This document shows, piece after piece, positions 57,786-64,000 of a DNA stretch of 64,000 bases. The notes beneath the pieces were generated by a model, which was given only the letters and a program-made list of their open reading frames with translations, had not been told where the DNA came from and made no database searches. Source of the stretch: Treponema sp. (GTDB taxonomy: Bacteria; Spirochaetota; Spirochaetia; Treponematales; Breznakiellaceae). Position 1 is the first letter of the stretch. Each line of letters starts with the position of its first letter. The position numbers and the translations under genes are program-made. The DNA is taken from NCBI GenBank assembly GCA_031256195.1, contig JAIRRB010000037.1, positions 3,473 through 67,472 on the forward strand, read 5' to 3'.

Positions 57786-59168
57786 CTAAAAACCGACCTC
57801 CAGTATTATGGGGATAAAAAAGTCGGTGGGCTGTTTGGAACCGGCCCATTCAAGGGGCAGGCGGGATACCAGCCCGATTTTGAATTGGGCGTTGTTCAGG
57901 CTGCGGTGAAACCAGAGCCCCAGGCCGGCTTGCAGGGAATCATTTTCCCAGCCGTTAACATCATCCTTTTGCTCGTATTCCACGCCGATGTCCATGCCCA
58001 CTGTGCCGATGTTAAGCTGGTATGAGGGAATCAGGTAGCCAATCATATTAAGGCCGCGCACTTTTACGGCACGCCCGCTGGAATCGGAACCGGCAAAGGC
58101 GGCGTCAAGACGGCCGGTAAAACGGAAATCGTAGTTCCGGTATGTCGCGGCAACCGACGCTCCAAAATCCCGTTTCCTTTTCCATGTTGCCGCATCTTCT
58201 TTATCACTGCCTTCAAAGGGGAGTTTGAAACCGAAGTCAAACACCAGGTCTCCCAGCGCGGTGAGCTGAAATGCCGCTTCAATCACGTTACGCAGGCCGA
58301 TAAACTGCAGGCGGGCAAAACCAACGCCGGGAATCGTATAACCGGCCCCAATCTGCATTTTACGGTATACCTGTTTAATATCGTAAAAATCCTGATTAAT
58401 GTCGTCATCGCTTAAATTCTCGCCATGAATCCCTTGCAGTATGGGATTGTTAATTTTGGCGCTATCCGGGTTCCAGTCCAGCAGCCTGAGCATTTCCGGC
58501 GCGACAAAGAAGCCGAAAAAGAAACGTTCTACCGGCTCCCAGGTAATCATCGCCGCCGCCGCTATACGCGGCCACCAGAGGTTCTGCGTTTCTTCGTTGG
58601 CGTTTCCCCATGAATAGGGATTAAAGCGGGTAAAGGTATTGTACTCAGGGTTTTGTTTCTCCAGCCGGAAGTCGCGTTCCCCATTGCTTGACTTGTAGCC
58701 ATTTTGCTGCAACATACGGTCTATTGAATACGAATTATTCAGCACATAGGTCGCTAGATTGGAACCGCCGATTTTCCCCATCAAAGCGCCGTGATTGGGG
58801 TCTCCCAGCCAGATGGTAAAGGTGTCCAGTCCGGCGGCGTTGGTAAAACCGAGGGGCTTTACCCACACCCAGCCGCCGGCGGTGGCGGAATACGCATGGG
58901 CCGAGCGGTTGGCGGCGCCGTTGGCAATGCCAATCCCCAGATGGATGCCGCCCCATTCCGACCATCCGTCAACATTGACCCCCGCGCTGATGTCCGGCTC
59001 GCCCCAGGGAACCTGCACGGCGGTGGTATGCGCGGTTTCCCCGTCCTCAAAAACGGTCATACGCCAGGGAATCCAGTACGATTTGGTATAGCCCCCCACG
59101 TTTAACTGGGCGAACGCGGATGCCGTGAGCACGCAGAAAAAAACGCATAACGCGATATTTTTTTTCAT
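57786..59168 (-). CDS. Putative outer-membrane beta-barrel protein
   Basis: Cleavable signal (ASAFA-Q), many alternating Gly/aromatic strands (WVWVKP, QIGAGYTIPGVG..RLQF, GLGLWF), terminal Phe (ILEVGF). Confidence 0.7.
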   Translation of the reverse strand: MKKNIALCVFFCVLTASAFAQLNVGGYTKSYWIPWRMTVFEDGETAHTTAVQVPWGEPDISAGVNVDGWSEWGGIHLGIGIANGAANRSAHAYSATAGGWVWVKPLGFTNAAGLDTFTIWLGDPNHGALMGKIGGSNLATYVLNNSYSIDRMLQQNGYKSSNGERDFRLEKQNPEYNTFTRFNPYSWGNANEETQNLWWPRIAAAAMITWEPVERFFFGFFVAPEMLRLLDWNPDSAKINNPILQGIHGENLSDDDINQDFYDIKQVYRKMQIGAGYTIPGVGFARLQFIGLRNVIEAAFQLTALGDLVFDFGFKLPFEGSDKEDAATWKRKRDFGASVAATYRNYDFRFTGRLDAAFAGSDSSGRAVKVRGLNMIGYLIPSYQLNIGTVGMDIGVEYEQKDDVNGWENDSLQAGLGLWFHRSLNNAQFKIGLVSRLPLEWAGSKQPTDFFIPIILEVGF

Positions 59169-59177
59169 GTGCCGCCC

Positions 59178-59789
59178 CTATTCCCAGCGCATATTGTCAA
59201 AGAAAACGGGGCCTTTGTAGTCGGTAAAATTGCCGGCAATGATAAAGCGCATATCGGGCATAAAACCCGATGTCGGCATAATCAACACTTCACCTTTTTG
59301 TTTCAAAAAGCCTTCGCCGGCGTCTTCCCCGCCTTCGATGGATTCACCGGTAAAGTTGATGGCAAGGCCGTTATTGTTGCACCACACCATGGGCTTAAAC
59401 CCGCCGTCGCTGCGGAAAGCCGGATTGTAGTAAAAGTCGAAGGTAAAGCGCGTTTTTCCTTTCATGTTGAGCATTTTGGGGAAATCGTACACGATTTTAA
59501 TATCCGCCCAGTCGTCTTCGATGTTATTGGTAAAATCGACATCGAGCCGCAGCAGGCCCTTGCCCAGGGTCGCGCTGTCATGGCTCAATTTGGCCGGCGC
59601 TTTGTATTTGTAATTTTCGGCGGTGGACAGCCACCAGCCCTGCACATCGGCGGACGCATCGGCAAAAGTCCATACGCCTAACGCCCCGCGGGCATCGCCA
59701 CCCCCACCCCCGCCGCCGCTTGAGGCGCAGGATGCCAGCACAGCCATCAGCGCGATTACTGCCATCATCATCGTTTTAATCGTTTTCAT
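59178..59789 (-). CDS. Stand-alone CBM-like lipoprotein (resembles binding modules of GH26 mannanases)
   Basis: Lipobox LASC, poly-Gly linker, LRLDVDF....W..IKI, FTFDFYYNP...G.FK, YKGPVFFDNMR. Confidence 0.7.
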   Translation of the reverse strand: MKTIKTMMMAVIALMAVLASCASSGGGGGGGDARGALGVWTFADASADVQGWWLSTAENYKYKAPAKLSHDSATLGKGLLRLDVDFTNNIEDDWADIKIVYDFPKMLNMKGKTRFTFDFYYNPAFRSDGGFKPMVWCNNNGLAINFTGESIEGGEDAGEGFLKQKGEVLIMPTSGFMPDMRFIIAGNFTDYKGPVFFDNMRWE

Positions 59790-59837
59790 ACATTGCTCCT
59801 TAAATAAATTTATTGTCATCTTAAACTTAATCCCTTT

Positions 59838-59892
59838 AATATTTTACCACGGAGGGCACGGAGATTATTAAGGCTCCGTGGTAAAAATTCTT
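59838..59892. repeat. Palindromic element family 1, copy H
   Basis: attttaccacggagggcacggag...ctccgtggtaaaaattctt. Confidence 0.9.
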
Positions 59893-59896
59893 CATA

Positions 59897-60949
59897 TTAC
59901 GGCGTGTTCGGCACGCGAATTGTCATGCCGGTAACTTTTCCGCCGTTATATACATTCAGGAATGTCCAGTTAGGGTCGGAAGCATCCAGAATATCGGCGA
60001 TAAGAATATCAGCGTGAAACACAAAATTGCTATTGGCGGTAACAGGAGAACCGTTCCATGTCTCGGGTATTCCCACACCCACCGTTTGATTCTGGCCCCT
60101 GATTTTATTTGCGTCCCCCATAACGGTGCCAAATTCGGCTATTCCCCAGCCCGGCTGGGCAGTTGTGCCGCCGCCCCCACTGGTAACCACATTGGCGGTA
60201 CAGAAAACCCGCAGCAGACTGTCCGGCGGGGCTTCTTTTAATTTGACGTATTCGGCGCCTTCAATATTGCCTTTGCCGGTTGTAGAGTCTGAGTCACTGC
60301 CGCCAAGCCCGGTAACCGCGGCTCCGTCCGTATAGGTATAATTCGGTTTTACCCGTACCGTTATGTCTCCCTTTATACCCACTATTATACCGGCATCATA
60401 ATAATTAACATCCCAGTTGTCTTTGGTATTGCCATTGTCCGGCTGGTTTCTCTTGCCAAATTCATACCATTGGGGCGTTTTGGCCGTCAGCAGAAAAATC
60501 TGCGCCGCGCCTGCCGGAACTTCCGTTAGGCTTGCGTCCGGCAGTGAATAGCCTCCCGCTTGCTGTTTATCTGTTGTTTTGTCTTCATCGCTGATTTCCC
60601 CCGCTTTGAGCGTGATGCGGTATTTTTTTCCTAATACCGCGATATTCTGCGGCTGGGCGTTTTGCGAACTGGCCAGCAGGTATTTAGTAGCGCCGTCTTG
60701 GTACAACAGTTGTCCCTGGAAATGACAGCCCCCCAGTTCATCATCAAGTTTTTCAGCATTAATGATAATCTCATACTCTGTACCTTTTACCATGCGCGGG
60801 TTATCAAAGGTATGTTCATAGATTCCGTCCACCAGGCTGAAATCCGCATCGGTAATGGGCGGGGGCGGCTTCTGTGCCGGGTCCGATGGACAGCCGGCAA
60901 TTATAAATAGTCCGCATACCAGTATGAGTACCGGATAGATTTTTTTCAT
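59897..60949 (-). CDS. Uncharacterised surface lipoprotein
   Basis: GGAGG RBS, MKKIY...IAGC lipobox, Pro linker; C-terminal domain paralogous to one in 61284-63800. Confidence 0.78.
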   Translation of the reverse strand: MKKIYPVLILVCGLFIIAGCPSDPAQKPPPPITDADFSLVDGIYEHTFDNPRMVKGTEYEIIINAEKLDDELGGCHFQGQLLYQDGATKYLLASSQNAQPQNIAVLGKKYRITLKAGEISDEDKTTDKQQAGGYSLPDASLTEVPAGAAQIFLLTAKTPQWYEFGKRNQPDNGNTKDNWDVNYYDAGIIVGIKGDITVRVKPNYTYTDGAAVTGLGGSDSDSTTGKGNIEGAEYVKLKEAPPDSLLRVFCTANVVTSGGGGTTAQPGWGIAEFGTVMGDANKIRGQNQTVGVGIPETWNGSPVTANSNFVFHADILIADILDASDPNWTFLNVYNGGKVTGMTIRVPNTP

Positions 60950-60970
60950 GGTAATACCTCCCTGAAATAT

Positions 60971-61210
60971 AGACTTGTTCGACAACCCGGTTGGTCGTCT
61001 CTCAAGTCTTGCAGTTTTCGGGCTAAAGCCCTGGAAAACTGCTATTTTTATAAGGAAGTTGTTCAGAAACTGAAGTTTCCAAACAACTCTAATTATTAAC
61101 CACGGAGGACACGGCGAACTTTCAGTTCGGCGAACTTTCAGTTCGGCGAACCTTCGGTTCGAGGAAAACCATCTGTAATCCTTCGTGTGTACTCCGTGGT
61201 ATCAATTCAT
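60971..61210. repeat. Composite hairpin cluster: two unique stems, family 2 copy (61056-61093) and family 1 copy I (61096-61210)
   Basis: gacttg...caagtc; gcagttttc-gggctaaagccc-tggaaaactgc; aagttgttcagaaac-tgaa-gtttccaaacaact; accacggag..(cggcgaactttcagtt)x2 cggcgaaccttcggttcg..ctccgtggt. Confidence 0.85.
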
Positions 61211-61215
61211 TCCTC

Positions 61216-61257
61216 AAAAATACCCGGCCACTTAATCTTTTGATTAAATGGTCGGGT
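61216..61257 (-). terminator. Putative intrinsic terminator after the 838-aa lipoprotein
   Basis: acccgaccatttaatc-aaaa-gattaagtggccgggt followed by attttt on the minus strand. Confidence 0.65.
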
Positions 61258-61283
61258 TGTCAATTAACAATCAAAAGATGTTA

Positions 61284-63800
61284 TTAATACTTAGTAAAGG
61301 TAACTCTCTTGAAGGAGAATATACCTACTTCAGAATCAGTCAGATCATGATTAGCATCCCAATTTTCTCCGCCTTGAATAAAGTCGGCAAACAGCTCCAA
61401 TTTGTTGATCATTTTGTCAGCATCAACCCAGCCGGTTTTATTATCAGACCAATCCTGGAACTTGCTCCCAATTTCATGCTGAACGGTTTTTTGCTGCCAT
61501 GAGTTTAATCCCTCTGCTGTTGTGACGTAGTCTGGAGCAGTTGCCCCATACCATGTTGCATTAAAACCAATTTGTAATATGTGCGGATCACAAGCATCGT
61601 CCCATTGAACTTCAAGATACTTATAATTGTCAAGGTCAATTGCGGTAGTCGCAGTAAATGTGATCTTGTAACTGGGTTTTGCTCCACCGGTAGTGGGAGT
61701 AACTTCAATCACGCCATTGGCAATAGTACCATCAGATGACCAGCCTGCGGTAAATGCTCCGTTTTTGAATACATCCAGGGGCGGTACATAAGTAGCGGTG
61801 GGTTCCCACAGTTCGACCAGTTGGATACTACAGGCATTGTAGGGATTTACAAAGTATTGCATCGCAGTCGCATTGTTTCCTTCAGCTAAAAGATCACTGA
61901 CACTGAGCTTTACAAAGAATGTTGTACCGCCTGTCATATCGTTTGGTGCGCTCAGATTAACACCGCCAAATGTTCCAAATCCCCAATTAATATAAGTATC
62001 ACAAATTACAGATAACAATATAATACTATTGGGTTTTGCGGCTTTAATCGCGGCAACATCAGCCCCCACAATGTTTCCTTTGCCTATAAGCCAGTCATCT
62101 AAATTATTACCGCCGTCAACCTTTAACACCTTTGTCATTTCAAAATCGTCTAAGTCGCTGGTCACATTAGGCGCAGAAGGATAGACAATCGCTGTCCATT
62201 TTGCTTTCAGGGTAATATCTTCCGTTATTGGCGTATCAGCTTTATATTCCGTAGACATAGTATCGCTATCAAACCATCCCGCGAAAATATAATCCGCTTT
62301 GGTCGGACTTGACGGGAACTTACTGGCCAGCGGGGAGCCATCGGGAACGATAACGTCCGCCGGCTTTGCAGAACCGCCGTCCGTATCAAAGGAAACTGTC
62401 CACTCAACCGGGTCACCGTCCTCCCACTTTACCGTCACCTTTGTATCCACGTTGAATGGGGTTGACGCAGTAACTAGGTTATTGTCCTCATCAAACCAGC
62501 CATCCACATGGGAACCTGATAAAATCGGGTTCGCGGGGAACTTGCTGTCCAGTGAGTCTCCTTTTTTAACCCTGAGAACTATCTCTTCGGTGAATTCATA
62601 ATCCTCAGCATCCGGGTCTCCAAAATCGCCGCCGTCCGCGTCAAAGGTGACATACACAAATTCAATCGGGTTGGCGGTGGAAATCAGATTCGCTTCTATG
62701 ATGCCCATTGCGTCAAAATCAGGTGTGTAGTAGGCGATAAAGAATTTAGCCTTGTAACAGTTTATAAGGTTTCCATACCCGGCCAACGCGTCGGCGAGTT
62801 TAATTTTTAATACCCAGTTCCCCTCATCGTTCTCCTCCAGCGTTACGCCTTTAGTCGAATCAGGAACGCCGTTATCGTTTGAAATGGCAGTTGAAGCCCA
62901 GCTCCAGCCATTACCGTCTCCCTGCCAGATAATCTGATACCCGCCCGCGGGTTTTTTACTCAGTATCAGTTCAAGGTATTCCGCATTAATCAGGGTAACG
63001 ATATCAAGATTCGTTGTTACATTGTCAGTTCCATTGGTTCTCCAACCTTTCTGAGTCGCGTTGTTTGTTACGGTTGTATTGCCCAGATTGCCGCCAATGA
63101 CCGCTTCTTCGCCTGTCTTCTTAAATACGGCAACCGTCTTAGTTGACTTTTCAATGTCGCCCTTGTTAATGCTGACAGTGATGTCTCCCTGCGCGGTAGT
63201 CGTAATGAGCAATTCCCATTTTTTCGCATCGGTTCCAACTTTGCTTACGGAAGCGCCCTTTGCCGCGGCTCCGGTTCCGTTGGCAATGGTTATATCCGCC
63301 AATGTCAGTTCGGCTACGTCTTTCTTAAAGGTAAAGGTGATTTTGGTTGAAGTCGTGGTACCCGCCGTACCATCGGCTACCGCGTCGTAGGTATTGGGGT
63401 CCGCCGCATCGCCTTGCTTGTATACCAGTGTGCTTTTGGAACCATTCTGAGCGCCTGTCAAGCTGGCGATTGCCACCGTCGCATTTCCCCCATTGTTTAC
63501 CGTAATGGGAATCCGCCAGTCGTTGCCGCTGCCCGCTACCGGGGCGCCGGATTTTTCCGCCGCGCCGCTTATGGTAACACGCAGAGTCGGGAACGCCTCA
63601 ATCTTTTTGCTAAACGTAACTTTGATGTGGGTTGAACTAGCCGTGGCTACGCCGCCCGATTCCGTACCGCCTTCCTGAACAATGCTCCAGGTCGCATCCT
63701 GGGTCGCCGGCGGCTTGGGGGGGTCTTCCGAACACCCGAACATCACCATCCCTGCCATCAGCAGCAGGACTACCGGAAATAAAATTCCGCTCTTTTTCAT
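61284..63800 (-). CDS. Multidomain surface lipoprotein (two Ig-like repeats, CBM-like domains, two InlB-B/Flg_new repeats)
   Basis: Lipobox MFGC; repeated ST.I..TF...W...IT..G..TV.I modules; VTFDADGG...GWF...W and VSFDTDGGS...PTK..Y.F.GWF...ITLKAKW repeats. Confidence 0.85.
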   Translation of the reverse strand: MKKSGILFPVVLLLMAGMVMFGCSEDPPKPPATQDATWSIVQEGGTESGGVATASSTHIKVTFSKKIEAFPTLRVTISGAAEKSGAPVAGSGNDWRIPITVNNGGNATVAIASLTGAQNGSKSTLVYKQGDAADPNTYDAVADGTAGTTTSTKITFTFKKDVAELTLADITIANGTGAAAKGASVSKVGTDAKKWELLITTTAQGDITVSINKGDIEKSTKTVAVFKKTGEEAVIGGNLGNTTVTNNATQKGWRTNGTDNVTTNLDIVTLINAEYLELILSKKPAGGYQIIWQGDGNGWSWASTAISNDNGVPDSTKGVTLEENDEGNWVLKIKLADALAGYGNLINCYKAKFFIAYYTPDFDAMGIIEANLISTANPIEFVYVTFDADGGDFGDPDAEDYEFTEEIVLRVKKGDSLDSKFPANPILSGSHVDGWFDEDNNLVTASTPFNVDTKVTVKWEDGDPVEWTVSFDTDGGSAKPADVIVPDGSPLASKFPSSPTKADYIFAGWFDSDTMSTEYKADTPITEDITLKAKWTAIVYPSAPNVTSDLDDFEMTKVLKVDGGNNLDDWLIGKGNIVGADVAAIKAAKPNSIILLSVICDTYINWGFGTFGGVNLSAPNDMTGGTTFFVKLSVSDLLAEGNNATAMQYFVNPYNACSIQLVELWEPTATYVPPLDVFKNGAFTAGWSSDGTIANGVIEVTPTTGGAKPSYKITFTATTAIDLDNYKYLEVQWDDACDPHILQIGFNATWYGATAPDYVTTAEGLNSWQQKTVQHEIGSKFQDWSDNKTGWVDADKMINKLELFADFIQGGENWDANHDLTDSEVGIFSFKRVTFTKY

Positions 63801-63920
63801 AGTATACCTCCCTAGTATGATATACTTAAACCCCGCCTCACCATAAAATCACCCAACGGGCGACTGTCCGCGAAGACATAGTGTGATGGCAGGGGCTTTT
63901 GCACCAGTAAAGATTTAAAG

Positions 63921-64000
63921 AAAGAAGATTTACCACGGAGAAATTTAACCACGGAGGGGAAAGAAGATTTACCACGGAGGTCACGGAGAAAGACGGAGGG
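63921..64000. repeat. Palindromic element family 1, three tandem left ends (truncated by window end)
   Basis: aagatttaccacggag / aatttaaccacggag / aagatttaccacggaggtcacggag. Confidence 0.85.

Noticed and set aside
61112-61162. Tandem 16-bp units here, and the repeats at 63921-64000, as a CRISPR array
   Set aside because: No unique spacers of regular length and no cas genes; they are sub-modules of the palindromic element
19012-64000. Family-1 palindromes as integron attC sites (some ends read ATTTAAC or GTTAAAT)
   Set aside because: The RYYYAAC/GTTRRRY match is inconsistent and not seen at both ends of one copy; two copies lie inside CDSs; no integrase in the window
1-64000. tRNA, rRNA, transposase or prophage genes
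   Set aside because: None recognised; intergenic gaps are short and accounted for by promoters, hairpins and repeats

Overview
Gene-dense bacterial window, most likely from a plant-polysaccharide-degrading spirochete (Treponema/Breznakiellaceae-like). This is inferred from the many spirochetal-type lipoprotein signal peptides and two Msp/MOSP-like outer-membrane proteins. Two large glycan-utilisation loci flank a housekeeping block (serS, birA-bioY-ecfA-ecfT, two small exported proteins). Locus 1 (~0.6-29.6 kb) has a full xyloglucan enzyme set: GH74, three tandem GH5, GH31, GH42, GH95 and GH3, with a YesM/YesN two-component pair, two solute-binding proteins and two ABC permeases. Locus 2 (~35.4-63.8 kb) looks like an acetylated (gluco)mannan locus: GH26, GH5, GH130, two esterases and a 9-gene ABC-like cluster that includes NHL, Yip1 and DUF5696-like proteins. 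Both loci share an unusual layout: non-catalytic surface lipoproteins, then predicted outer-membrane beta-barrel(s), then lipid-anchored endoglycanases, then ABC importer, then cytoplasmic exo-enzymes. This suggests a TonB/SusCD-independent spirochetal PUL. A family of modular palindromic elements (AAGAATTT.ACCACGGAG...CTCCGTGGT.AAATTCTT, about 10 copies) punctuates the surface-gene blocks. It is inserted in-frame into two proteins and forms a perfect 40-bp inverted repeat around one porin-like gene. An ABC-ATPase/DUF4276-like putative defence pair is inserted in locus 2. All family assignments come from motif recognition by eye; no database searches were run.
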